Part shown: positions 50,301 to 61,367 of the stretch, in pieces
Numbering within the stretch: position 1 is the stretch's first letter
How the letters are laid out: each line of letters begins with the position of its first letter
Source of the DNA: an uncultured Gemmatimonadaceae bacterium
GTDB taxonomy: Bacteria > Gemmatimonadota > Gemmatimonadetes > Gemmatimonadales > Gemmatimonadaceae
Length of the DNA stretch: 64,000 nucleotides
Direction: 5' to 3'
Assembly: GCA_963829055.1 (NCBI GenBank)
Contig: CAWHHI010000004.1
Coordinates: 704,001-768,000 of the forward strand
Position numbers and translations under genes: made by a program
Notes under the pieces: model-generated
Seen by the model: the letters and a program-made list of their open reading frames with translations, nothing else
The model's database searches: none
What the model was told of the DNA's origin: nothing

Positions 50301-51152
50301 CTAGCGAGCTACAGCGGCCTTCGCGTAAATGCCTGGTTTGCCCGGACCAACGTCCTTTCGCATCTGCATCCACACGATGCCTAACGCCGCCAGTGCCAGG
50401 CCAATGGCCTGGGCCGCCGTGAGCGGGCCGAAGAAGCGGTCGTCCTTCGCGCGCAGGAACTCGATCAGGAATCGCTCGATCCCCGCCAGGACCAGATAGA
50501 GACCGAACAGCCATCCCTCGGCGTGCTTGTGATCGCGATAGCGCCACAGAATCGCGAACATGATGAAGCCGAGTATGGTTTCGAACAGCTGCGTCGGATA
50601 GACGGACAGCAGCGTGTCAGGACTCGAGCCTGGCGGCGGCTGGACGCCGAACAGCGCCTGCATGTTCCGCACGGTCGATGGCGGCGCGCCCTCGGGGAAT
50701 GCGACAGCGAGCGGGTTGTTCCACGGGCGCCCGTAGTCATCGCCGACGGCCCAACAGCCAGTGCGCCCGACGCTGTAGCCCGCGGCGATGCAGATCCCCG
50801 CCACGTCGCTGATGCGGATGAAGTTCAGCTTCTTGTACTTGATGGTGAGATAGCAGGCGGCGACCGATCCCATGAACCCGCCCCAGAACACGAAGCCGGC
50901 GCGACTGAAGAAGTCGCGGATGTCGTGGGTGATCACGAGCGTGTAATACAGCTTGCCACCGATGAGCGTCCCGAGCACCGCCGCGAGAATCAGGTCGGGA
51001 ATGGGAGACGGATCGTGTCCGCGGCGCGCGAGCTCGCGTTGCGCGATGATCTGCGAGATCGCGAACGAGAGCAACACCGCTATCCCGAAGCCGGTCAGAG
51101 ACAGCGGGCCAATGTTGAAGTTGAACGGGTGGACTATCGTGGCGTCAGGCAT
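50301..51152 (-). CDS. lgt: Prolipoprotein diacylglyceryl transferase
   Basis: GFVFWGG, GRTGCWAVGDDYG, YPTQLFE, RFLIEFLR. Confidence 0.9.
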   Translation of the reverse strand: MPDATIVHPFNFNIGPLSLTGFGIAVLLSFAISQIIAQRELARRGHDPSPIPDLILAAVLGTLIGGKLYYTLVITHDIRDFFSRAGFVFWGGFMGSVAACYLTIKYKKLNFIRISDVAGICIAAGYSVGRTGCWAVGDDYGRPWNNPLAVAFPEGAPPSTVRNMQALFGVQPPPGSSPDTLLSVYPTQLFETILGFIMFAILWRYRDHKHAEGWLFGLYLVLAGIERFLIEFLRAKDDRFFGPLTAAQAIGLALAALGIVWMQMRKDVGPGKPGIYAKAAVAR

Positions 51153-51158
51153 CTAGAC

Positions 51159-51268
51159 GGGAATAGGGAACTGGGAACGGGAACCGCAGCTGGTTGCTGG
51201 GTGGACGTGCTTGTTGCTGGGTGACGCTGGGTGCTCAGCTGATGGCTGATGGCCGATGGCTGATAGCT
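51159..51268 (+). repeat. Composite heptamer element: (GGGAACT)n, GCTGGGT core, (GGCTGAT)n
   Basis: GGGAATA GGGAACT GGGAAC GGGAACC ... core 51189-51229 ... GCTGATG GCTGATG GCCGATG GCTGATA. Confidence 0.85.
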
Positions 51269-52325
51269 AACCCACAACCTGTACGGTCCCAGGAATCGGC
51301 ATGGATGCGTACGCGTTCAGCGACAGGGAATCTCGTACACCACGCTCGAAGTGGAAGAGCCCGGCGCGAGCGATCATCGCCGCGTTATCTGTCGCGAGAC
51401 GTGGCGTCGGTGCGAACACGCTGACACCGAGCGGGCCCAGTCGGTCGCGCATCGTGTTGGCCAACGCTCGATTGCACGCGACGCCGCCGCCGAGGACGAT
51501 GCGTTGGCGGCCGAACGACCGTGCCGCGCGCCAGCTCTTTTCGACGAGCGTATCGATCATCGCGTCCTGAAACGCGCGGGCAATCGCACGCCTGTCCCGT
51601 TCGATGTCGGTGCTGGCCCGCACCGCGTTCAGCACGGCCGTCTTGAGGCCACTGAACGAGACATCGAAGTAATCGGGATCGCCCAACTGCTGGTCGCCGC
51701 GCACCATGGGCCGCGTGAAGCGAAACGGGCGCGCTTCCTCCGGGTTCGATTCGCCCGCGAGGCGCTCGATGGGTCGGCCGCCGGGGTACGGCAGCCCGAG
51801 CATCTTCGCGACCTTGTCGAACGCCTCGCCCGCGGCGTCGTCGCGGGTGGCGCCGAGGATGCGGTACGAGCCCCAGTGCTCGACGTCGATGAGCAGCGTG
51901 TGGCCCCCGGACACGAGCAGGGCGGTGAACGGCGGAACGGCGTCGGCGTGCTCGAGCGACGTCGCGAACAGGTGGCCTTCCATGTGATGCACGCCGACCA
52001 GTGCCGCTCCCGTGCCGTACGCGACCGCCTTCCCGAACGAGACGCCCACGAGCAGCGCGCCGACGAGCCCCGGCCCGAACGTGACGGCGACGGCATCGAT
52101 GTCGCCTAACGTGATGGACGCGTCCGCCAGCGCCCGCTCGGCGACCGGGGCGATGCTCGCGAGGTGCGCGCGCGACGCCAGCTCCGGGACGACGCCGCCG
52201 AACACGCGGTGAACGTCCTGCGACAGGATCACGAGCGAGTCGAGGTGCGTGGCGTCGCCGCTGCCCGACAGGATCGCGGCCGACGTCTCATCGCACGACG
52301 TCTCGATGCCGAGGATTACCGGCAC
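51267..52325 (-). CDS. tsaD: tRNA N6-threonylcarbamoyltransferase
   Basis: LGIETSCDET, GGVVPELASRAH, HHMEGH, VSGGHT, DDAAGEAFDK, TDNAAMI. Confidence 0.96.
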   Translation of the reverse strand: MPVILGIETSCDETSAAILSGSGDATHLDSLVILSQDVHRVFGGVVPELASRAHLASIAPVAERALADASITLGDIDAVAVTFGPGLVGALLVGVSFGKAVAYGTGAALVGVHHMEGHLFATSLEHADAVPPFTALLVSGGHTLLIDVEHWGSYRILGATRDDAAGEAFDKVAKMLGLPYPGGRPIERLAGESNPEEARPFRFTRPMVRGDQQLGDPDYFDVSFSGLKTAVLNAVRASTDIERDRRAIARAFQDAMIDTLVEKSWRAARSFGRQRIVLGGGVACNRALANTMRDRLGPLGVSVFAPTPRLATDNAAMIARAGLFHFERGVRDSLSLNAYASMPIPGTVQVVG

Positions 52326-52374
52326 GCGGTGGCTCCGGTGCCGGATGAGGCGATGTCGCGCGACGCGCCGCCGA

Positions 52375-53131
52375 TCATCGCGGACGTAACGCCGTCACGC
52401 GCGCCGAATCGCGCGCGACGCGCGTGAGCGGCGGGAACTGCACGAGGAGCCGGATCTCCGCCGGACGAACGGTCACGCCCGCCGCGAGCGCTTTCATGTC
52501 GATCGGGACCACGAAGTCCCCACTGTCCCGGACCGTGACCGTCTGGTCGACCGTGCTCACCGATGACACTGTGTTGACGATGCGGCGAGGACCGGTCACG
52601 GTCACGCTGTCGGGAACCATCCGCGTTAGGTGCTTGCGCGTCATCGTCCGTCCGCTGTCCGCCACGACGTGCACCGCGCTCGCGACCGGAACACGCGCGC
52701 GATGTCGTCACGTCGAACACGAGCACGAGACTGCGCGGCTGCACGTCGCGCACGATGGCGTCGATGTCCGGCGGGATGTAGACGTCCCCTGGTCGCAGGT
52801 CGATCGCGAGGCTATCGGGCGCGTCGTCCGTCACGATGCGACGCACCACCGGCGGCGTGTGATAGAGCTTGATGAGGTCGCGCGCGCGTCCGGCCACGAG
52901 AGCGCGGATCACCGGACGCTGCCCCGTCATGATGCGCGCGGAATCGTACGATGCGTCGAGACGTACGGGGACGAGCTCTTCCGACGGCTCCTCTGCACTG
53001 ACGACGAACCAGAGCACGACGGCGAAGAACAGTGCCGCGCCCTTGTAGCCGAGCCGCTCGGTGAACGCGCCTCTCAGCCATCGCCGGACCGAGGCGCCAG
53101 ATATGGACCGCTCGCCGTCGCGGCCCGGCAT
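52375..53131 (-). CDS. YbbR/CdaR-like membrane-anchored protein; frameshift near 52700, both ends uncertain
   Basis: TERLGYKGAALFFAVVLWFVV anchor, VQPRSL, PDSVTVTGP, VRPAEI. Confidence 0.65.
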
Positions 53132-53132
53132 G

Positions 53133-53738
53133 TCAGGGGCGCACGGAAACCGGCGCCGTGTTCGGCGCGTCGGTGCCAGCGTCTCCAGCCGACGCGGGCA
53201 CGCCGAGCATCTGCGCGAAGAGCGCGCGATTCGCGGGCGAATCCCAGTTGTCGGCGGCAATCACTTTCTTTCGGATCACGCCATCTCGGCCAATGACGAA
53301 CGTCTCCGGAACACCGGTCGTCTGATATGCCGTCTTGATGCCACCCGGCGCATCGTACAGGATCTCGAACGTCAGCCCGTACTGATCGCGAAATTTCCTG
53401 ATCTCGTCCTCGAAGCCCGGACTGTCGACGCTCACGGCGACGACCTTGAGTCCGCGCGCGGCGTATCGGTCGTGAAGGGCCTGGATACTTGGCATCTCCG
53501 TGCGGCACGGGATGCAATACGTCGCCCAGATGTTGAGCAGCACCACCTGGCCCTTGTAGTCGGCGAGCGTCTTCGTGACCGGAACGCCGTCCACGGTCTT
53601 CGCCTGGAAGTCGGGTGCCTTCGAGCCGGCGGTGACCGGGAACAGCTCATCGCCCAGGTAGTGCGTGCCCGCGAGGAGCCCGCCTCCCAGGATGAGCACC
53701 ACGATGCCGACGAACGCCCACTGTTGCCTAACGGTCAT
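53133..53738 (-). CDS. TlpA/ResA-like membrane-anchored thiol-disulfide oxidoreductase
   Basis: APDF, LLNIWATYCIPCRTEMP, GVPETFVIGRDG. Confidence 0.92.
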   Translation of the reverse strand: MTVRQQWAFVGIVVLILGGGLLAGTHYLGDELFPVTAGSKAPDFQAKTVDGVPVTKTLADYKGQVVLLNIWATYCIPCRTEMPSIQALHDRYAARGLKVVAVSVDSPGFEDEIRKFRDQYGLTFEILYDAPGGIKTAYQTTGVPETFVIGRDGVIRKKVIAADNWDSPANRALFAQMLGVPASAGDAGTDAPNTAPVSVRP

Positions 53739-54409
53739 ACGCTCACCCCACATCGACCACGCAGTTCACCGATCTCGCCCGCCGGATCGTGTGCGGAAAA
53801 GATCGCGTTTCCAGCGACGAACGTGTCGGCACCCGCGCGCCAGCAATCACCGATCGTATCTCGCGCGACGCCGCCATCGACTTCCAACGCCGCGGCGCTT
53901 CGCGAAGCCGCGAGGAGCGCGCGCGCGCGTCGAATCTTATCGAGCATCGGGCCGATGAACGACTGCCCACCGAATCCCGGATTTACCGTCATAATCAGCA
54001 GAAGGTCCAGGTCACCGGCGACCTCGCTCACCATCTCCAACGGCGTCGATGGATTGAGCGCGACGCCGGCATCGCAGCCGAGCTCCTTGATGCGATAGAT
54101 CTGCCGGTGCATGTGCGGCGCGACTTCAGCGTGAATCGTGAGTCCCGTCGCCCCCGCCTGCGCGAAGTCCTCGAAGTACTTCTCCGGCTGAACCACCATC
54201 ATGTGCACGTCCAGCGGCAGAGTCGTCAGCCGGCGAACGGTCTCGATGACCTTCGTGCCGAACGTCAGGTTCGGTACGAAGCATCCGTCCATGACGTCGA
54301 TGTGAACGAGGTCGGCGCCACCAGCCTCGATGCGCGCGACGTCATCCGCCAATCGCGAAAAATCGGCGCTGAGGATCGATGGGGCAATACGAGCGCGAAC
54401 GCCTTTCAT
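53735..54409 (-). CDS. rpe: Ribulose-phosphate 3-epimerase
   Basis: IAPSILSADF, HIDVMDG, MTVNPGFGGQ, EVDGG. Confidence 0.96.
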   Translation of the reverse strand: MKGVRARIAPSILSADFSRLADDVARIEAGGADLVHIDVMDGCFVPNLTFGTKVIETVRRLTTLPLDVHMMVVQPEKYFEDFAQAGATGLTIHAEVAPHMHRQIYRIKELGCDAGVALNPSTPLEMVSEVAGDLDLLLIMTVNPGFGGQSFIGPMLDKIRRARALLAASRSAAALEVDGGVARDTIGDCWRAGADTFVAGNAIFSAHDPAGEIGELRGRCGVSV

Positions 54410-55128
54410 GGAACGATCGAGAGTGAGACACGCGAGCCTGCGGCAAGCCGACTTCCCGCTGCGGGCGTTTGCGAGATGACGGTCTGTGGGATGCCGGTGG
54501 CGAGCGAATCGGTGGTGACTTCACCAAGGCGCAGACCCACCTGTTCGAGCATTGACCGCGCCGTGGAAAACGATTGGCCGACGACGTCGGGGGTGCTCAC
54601 CGCCGGCGGTCCGCTGCTGACGATGAGGTCGACGCGAGTGGATGGGGATACAGCCGTACCAGCCGCGGGAGCTGTCGCGAGCACGGCGCCTCTCGCGGCA
54701 TCACTCTCCTGCTCGCGCGTTTCGCCCACCTCGAGCCCGGCCTTCTCGATGGCGTCCTGAGCCAGTGCCTGCGTGAGGCCAACGACTGGCGGTACCTGCA
54801 ATTGCCGCTGGCCCGCGCTCACATCGAGAAGGACTTCCGTCCCGCGTGGCTCGGTCGCGCCAGGTGGGGGCGATTGCGCGAGCACGGTCGACTTGGGCGC
54901 GAGCTCCACGAAACGCTGTTCGCCGGTCTTCGCCTTGAAGCCGGCGGCGTCGAGTCTGTTCACGGCTTCATCGTACAGAAGACCCACCACCTGGGGAATC
55001 TTCCCGTCGTCCGGAATGATCTGCGCGGGGAATACGGCGAACGCGACAATCAGGTACGCGAGGAGGAATCCTCCAGCGGCGACCATGGCGTAGGGAAAAA
55101 GACGGCGCGAGGACGCGCGCCAGTTCAC
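54406..55128 (-). CDS. Stand-alone membrane-anchored triple-PASTA domain protein
   Basis: N-terminal TM then IPQVVG, VPPVVG, TPDVVG repeats with VLAQSP / VISQTP. Confidence 0.88.
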   Translation of the reverse strand: MNWRASSRRLFPYAMVAAGGFLLAYLIVAFAVFPAQIIPDDGKIPQVVGLLYDEAVNRLDAAGFKAKTGEQRFVELAPKSTVLAQSPPPGATEPRGTEVLLDVSAGQRQLQVPPVVGLTQALAQDAIEKAGLEVGETREQESDAARGAVLATAPAAGTAVSPSTRVDLIVSSGPPAVSTPDVVGQSFSTARSMLEQVGLRLGEVTTDSLATGIPQTVISQTPAAGSRLAAGSRVSLSIVP

Positions 55129-56510
55129 GCGCGCGCCCTCCGGAACCGAGCCGCGAACGCACCATCGGTCGCATGCCGCTGGGGAAGCACGCGTAGGCGA
55201 CCCGCATCGAGCACGGCCGAGGGGACCGCGCCATCCGGCGGCGGCTCGAGGACCCACTCCGGGTGCTCGGCCAGGAAGCTTTCCACTTGCGCGTCGTTCT
55301 CCTCGGGCTCGAGCGAGCACGTGCTGTAGATCATGAGCCCACCCGGACGCACGACCGACGCCGCGGCACGGATGATCGCGCGCTGCATCGCGCCCATAAC
55401 GGCCAGGTCGGACACCTTGAGTCGCCACCGCGCATCGGGGTGGCGCCGGAATGTGCCGGTGCCCGTGCACGGCACGTCAATCAACACCGCATCCACTGGT
55501 GCCAACGCCGGCTCCCGCGCGTCGGCGGCGACGGCGTAGATGTTCTTCGCCTCGACGCGGCGCAGGTTACCGGCCATGCGCGTTAGGCGCGCGAACGAGC
55601 GATCCACGGCGACCACCGTCCCGGCGGTACGCGACAGCTCGAGCGCCTTCCCGCCGGGTGCCGCACAGAGGTCGGCGACGGTACTGCCCGGCTCGATCGC
55701 CGCATAACGAGTCACGAGCGTCGCGCCCGGGTCCTGCACGAAGAACAGTCCCTGGCGGTATGCGCCGAGCTCCGCGAGCGAGACGCTGCTGGTAATGCGG
55801 ATGCTGTCGCGAACGAGCGGCACGTCCTCGACGTGCACACCCGCACCTTCGAGCATCGCTTCCAGCTGCTCGCGCACGACGCCGAACGGCCGCAGGATGA
55901 TCGGCGCCTCGGCATTGTTCGCGGAGAGAAGCCGCTCGGTGTCCTCGGCGCCCCAGCGTGCGACCCACCGCGCGACGAGCCAGCGCGGATGCGAGTACGT
56001 GAGCGCGAGTGCGTCGATCGGGTCGGGACGCGGCGCGGCCGGCTCTGCGCGCGGAACGGGCGGGAAGGGAATCATCTCCCGCTCGCGATCCACGCGACGC
56101 AGCACCGCGTTCACCAGCTTGCTCGCACCGAGGCCGTGGCGTCGCTTCGCCAGCTCGACGGACTGCGCGATGGCAGCGTAGGGCGGCACGCTGCGCATGA
56201 ACAGCAGCTGATAGACGCCTAACCGGAGGATGTCGGTGAGGTCGGGATCGAGCCGCGCGAGCCCGCCGCGCACGCGCTCGGACAGCGCCGCGTCGAGCCA
56301 GGCGCGCCGGCGCAGCATCCCGTAGAGCAATTCCTGCGTCCACCTGCGGTCGCGCGCGTCGAGCGACTCGACGCGCCGCTCGAACGACGAGTCCAGCAAC
56401 TCGCCGGCACGCAGGTCGGCGCACACATCGGCGGCCGCGACGCGCGCGTCAGTGACGCCACCGCGAGCAGCGGTCGCGGATCCCGCGTGGTGCTCGGCGT
56501 CTTCGCTCAT
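55125..56510 (-). CDS. rsmB: 16S rRNA m5C967 methyltransferase
   Basis: NusB-like N-terminus, YSHP, VQD, DLCAAPGGK, DVPCTGTG, YSTCS. Confidence 0.94.
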   Translation of the reverse strand: MSEDAEHHAGSATAARGGVTDARVAAADVCADLRAGELLDSSFERRVESLDARDRRWTQELLYGMLRRRAWLDAALSERVRGGLARLDPDLTDILRLGVYQLLFMRSVPPYAAIAQSVELAKRRHGLGASKLVNAVLRRVDREREMIPFPPVPRAEPAAPRPDPIDALALTYSHPRWLVARWVARWGAEDTERLLSANNAEAPIILRPFGVVREQLEAMLEGAGVHVEDVPLVRDSIRITSSVSLAELGAYRQGLFFVQDPGATLVTRYAAIEPGSTVADLCAAPGGKALELSRTAGTVVAVDRSFARLTRMAGNLRRVEAKNIYAVAADAREPALAPVDAVLIDVPCTGTGTFRRHPDARWRLKVSDLAVMGAMQRAIIRAAASVVRPGGLMIYSTCSLEPEENDAQVESFLAEHPEWVLEPPPDGAVPSAVLDAGRLRVLPQRHATDGAFAARFRRARA

Positions 56511-57304
56511 CCGAGCATTCCCGCGATCGGTGAGGATGGCACCGCGATCTCACGTCGCGGCATACGGCCGGCGAGGTGTGCGAGCCGGCCCGCTTCGACC
56601 GCGAGTCGCATGGCCACCGCCATGCGCACCGGATCGCCGGCTGCCGCAATGCCCGTGTTCATCAGGATTCCGTCCACGCCCTGCTCCATCGTGATGCACG
56701 CGTCAGAGGCCGTACCAACACCGGCGTCGACGATCACCGGCACCGAGAGTCGATGCTTGATGGTGCGGATGGCGAAGGGATTCAGCAACCCGAGACCCGA
56801 GCCAATTGGCGAGGCCAACGGCATCACCGCGACGGCGCCGGCGTCCTCCAGCCGGAGCGCGGTGATCAGGTCGTCGTTCGTGTAGGCCATCACCTTGAAG
56901 CCGTCGGCTGCCAACACACGGGTCGCGTCCAGCAACCCCGCCGTGTCGGGAAGCAGACTCTCCTGGTCACCGATGACTTCGAGCTTCACCCACTCGTTGA
57001 ACCCAGCGGCCCGAGCGAGTCGGGCGTAGCGCACTGCGTCATCGGCGGAGTAGCAGCCGGCTGTGTTCGCGAGCAGGAAGTAGCGAGCCGGATCGAGGTG
57101 ATGCAGCACGCCCGCGTCCTTCGTGCGGTCGAGATCGACGCGCCGTACGGCCACGGTCACGACCTCGGCACCGGACGCCTCGATGGCCTGCACCATCACC
57201 GCGTTCGACGGATACTTCCCCGTGCCCACCATCAGACGCGACTGGAATTCGCGCTCGCCGACGATGAACGACGTATCGAGCGTCGGTTGGGTCGCCGTCG
57301 CCAT
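56507..57304 (-). CDS. thiG: Thiazole synthase
   Basis: SRLMVGTGKY, NTAGC, WVKLEV, MPLASPIGSG, VDAGVG. Confidence 0.96.
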   Translation of the reverse strand: MATATQPTLDTSFIVGEREFQSRLMVGTGKYPSNAVMVQAIEASGAEVVTVAVRRVDLDRTKDAGVLHHLDPARYFLLANTAGCYSADDAVRYARLARAAGFNEWVKLEVIGDQESLLPDTAGLLDATRVLAADGFKVMAYTNDDLITALRLEDAGAVAVMPLASPIGSGLGLLNPFAIRTIKHRLSVPVIVDAGVGTASDACITMEQGVDGILMNTGIAAAGDPVRMAVAMRLAVEAGRLAHLAGRMPRREIAVPSSPIAGMLG

Positions 57305-57307
57305 CGC

Positions 57308-57541
57308 TCAGCCTCCGCCCACGAAGTGCACGATCTCGATCGTGTCGCCGCCCGTGAGCTCAATGTGCCCATACGAGTCACGGTCGCGGAGAATCTCGCG
57401 ATTCCGCTCGACGACCACGAGCCGCGGGTCGAGCTCGAGCGATGTGAGCAGCGATGTGATCGTCGATCCCGCCGGGATGTCCCGCGAATCGCCGTTCACT
57501 GTGATCGCGACCGCGTCGCTACGGACCCCCAAATGCGCCAT
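57308..57541 (-). CDS. thiS: Thiamine biosynthesis sulfur carrier
   Basis: ITVNG, VVVERN, IEIVHFVGGG C-terminus; adjacent to thiG. Confidence 0.93.
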   Translation of the reverse strand: MAHLGVRSDAVAITVNGDSRDIPAGSTITSLLTSLELDPRLVVVERNREILRDRDSYGHIELTGGDTIEIVHFVGGG

Positions 57542-58205
57542 GGGCAGAAAGATAGTCGATGACGGCAGCGCCGGCATCGCGCGCGTGCCACACACCGCGA
57601 ATGACCGCGACGCCATGCGCACCGGCATCACGTAGTGCCCGCACGTGCTCAGGTCGGACGCCGCCGATGGCGAGGATGGGCACGGCGCAATTGGCGGCGA
57701 GCCGCTCGATGAACGCCGTGCCGCGGCCATCCTCTCCGGGGTGCGACTCGGTCTCGAACACATGTCCCGCGACGATCCACTGGACGCCGGCGGCGGTCGC
57801 TGCCTCGGCGTCGTCGGCGGAGTGAACGCTCGCACCCACAGCCAACGTCGGGACGGAACGACGGGCGTCGGTTGGAGACATGGAGCGCGATGTGAGTTGG
57901 ACACCACGTGCGCCTGAAGTCAGAGCGACATCCGCGCGGTCGTTCACGACGAGCCACGCTCCGGTCTCTTGCTGCAGCTCGGCGATCCGACACGACAGGT
58001 CGTAGAGGCGGCGTCCGCCCAGCCTCGGGGCGCGCACGTGGACCGCCACGCGGGGCCCGCCGGCGTGCATGACGCGACGCGCGCGGTCGACGAAATCGGA
58101 GCGCAGCACGATGTCGTCGCTCGTGACGGCGTGAAGCACCGGAATGCGATCAGCATCCCGGACGCCGGATGCTCGCGCGGCTTCCTCAGGTCCCGAGCTG
58201 GTCAC
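57519..58205 (-). CDS. thiE: Thiamine-phosphate synthase family (ThiE or TenI); start approximate
   Basis: VNDRADVA, GASVHS, GHVFETESHPG, AIGG; the VH and SH residues are also compatible with TenI. Confidence 0.8.
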   Translation of the reverse strand: MTSSGPEEAARASGVRDADRIPVLHAVTSDDIVLRSDFVDRARRVMHAGGPRVAVHVRAPRLGGRRLYDLSCRIAELQQETGAWLVVNDRADVALTSGARGVQLTSRSMSPTDARRSVPTLAVGASVHSADDAEAATAAGVQWIVAGHVFETESHPGEDGRGTAFIERLAANCAVPILAIGGVRPEHVRALRDAGAHGVAVIRGVWHARDAGAAVIDYLSAHGAFGGP

Positions 58206-59137
58206 CGACCTTGATCCCCCGGCCGCGCGCCAGCTCGCCAATGCTCAATCGTCGCTTCCCGGCCGGCTGTGCATCGACGATGCGCACCACGCCGTCCCCA
58301 CACGCGATCACCGCGCCGTCGTCGTCGATCGCGAGCACGGTGCCTCCGCTGGGAAACGCGGTGCCGTGTGCGATAGCGAGCGTTGCTGCGCGGGCGCCGA
58401 AGACCTTCACGTCGGCGCCACCGAGCGTCGTGAACGCTCCGGGCTTGGGATCGAACGCGCGGATGGCTGTGGCAATCTCGCCAGCAGAACGGGTCCAGTC
58501 GATCCGTGCATCGTCGCGCTCGATCTTGGGCGCCATCGTGGCGGCTGCTTCGTCCTGCGGACGCTCGACGATGGCGCCGATGTCGAGCAGCGACAGTGCC
58601 TCGATGAGCGCGAGGGCGCCGAGCTCCGAGAGGCGCAACTGCAGCTCGCCGTACGTCTCGTCGTGCACGATCGGCGTCGCGCACCTGCAGCAGGATCGGT
58701 CCGGCGTCGAGCTTGGGGACCATCCGCATGATGGTCACGCCGGTCTCGCTCTGCCCGGCGCGAATGGCGGCCTGGATCGGCGCCGCGCCCCGCCATTGTG
58801 GAAGCAGCGAGGCGTGGATGTTCAGCGTGCCGAGCCGCGGAAGGTCGATGACTTCGCGCGGGAGGATGTGGCCATACGCGACGACGACGGAGATATCGGG
58901 CTCGAGGGCGCGGATGGCGTCGACGAACTCCGGACCACGCGGCCGATCCGGCTGCAGCACGGTGAGGGATTCTTCGAGCGCGATCTGCTTGATGGGTGAT
59001 GCGACGAGCGACGAGCGCGATCGACCTCGCGGGCGGTCAGGCTGCGTGACGACGCCGACGACCTCGAACCCTTCGCCGAGCAACGCGCGCAGTGGCGGCG
59101 CCGCGAATTCCGGCGTTCCCCAGAAGAGCACCCTCAT
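58186..59137 (-). CDS. fmt: Methionyl-tRNA formyltransferase; frameshift near 58680
   Basis: FWGTPEFA, VVTQPDRP, NIHASLLP.WRGAAPI, LDAGP; the C-terminal part (APKI, IDW, ACGDG, QPAGKR) is in ORF 58186..58668. Confidence 0.94.
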
Positions 59138-59158
59138 GGGAGCACTCTCATGGCGCGA

Positions 59159-59713
59159 TCAGAGCGCCTCCTCTCCGTGCCTGCCCGCGATCTCGTTAGG
59201 CGGCAGGCGTCGCATGTTCTGCGGGAAATCCTTTTTCATCGACTCCCACTTCGCGAGCGCGGCCCGCCGCTTGAGGAAGCTCAGGTAGTCGATGAACAGC
59301 TTGCCGTGGAGATGATCGATCTCGTGCTGGAGGCAGCGCGCGAGGAGGTCCGTGGCTTCGAGCTCGAATGGCTGACCGTCGCGGTCGAGCGCACGGACGG
59401 TGACGTTGAGCGCGCGATCGACATCGCCGAACACTTCCGGGATCGAGAGACACCCTTCTTCACCGCGGGCGGAGCCTTCGGTGAGAATGATCTCGGGGTT
59501 CACGATGACGATGGGACTGTTCTCGATATCGACGACCGCGATGCGCTCGGTGCGGCCAATCTGCGGCGCAGCGAGTCCGATACCCTTCGCGGCGTACATG
59601 GTCTCGAACATGTCGTCAGTGAGACGCCGCAGCTCGTCGGTCATGCGTTCGACGGGCCGCGTTTCCTGGCGAAGGATCGGAGAACCGAGAACGTGTATTT
59701 CTAGGAGGGACAC
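59159..59713 (-). CDS. def: Peptide deformylase
   Basis: GIGLAAPQ, EGCLS, QHEIDH. Confidence 0.96.
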   Translation of the reverse strand: MSLLEIHVLGSPILRQETRPVERMTDELRRLTDDMFETMYAAKGIGLAAPQIGRTERIAVVDIENSPIVIVNPEIILTEGSARGEEGCLSIPEVFGDVDRALNVTVRALDRDGQPFELEATDLLARCLQHEIDHLHGKLFIDYLSFLKRRAALAKWESMKKDFPQNMRRLPPNEIAGRHGEEAL

Positions 59714-59722
59714 TGAACTAGC

Positions 59723-59744
59723 GGGGAACCGGGAACTGGGAACC
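59723..59744 (+). repeat. Short (GGGAAC[C/T])n heptamer tract
   Basis: GGGGAACC GGGAACT GGGAACC between yajC and def. Confidence 0.7.
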
Positions 59745-59760
59745 GATAACTCGCTGACCG

Positions 59761-61367
<1,607 letters not shown>

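Noticed and set aside
875..51268. Short repeats as a CRISPR array
   Set aside because: No constant repeat with unique, equal-length spacers, and no cas genes; these are degenerate heptamer tracts.
1875..58685. Programmed ribosomal frameshifting
   Set aside because: No shared slippery heptamer or stimulatory structure, and these gene families are not known to be recoded.
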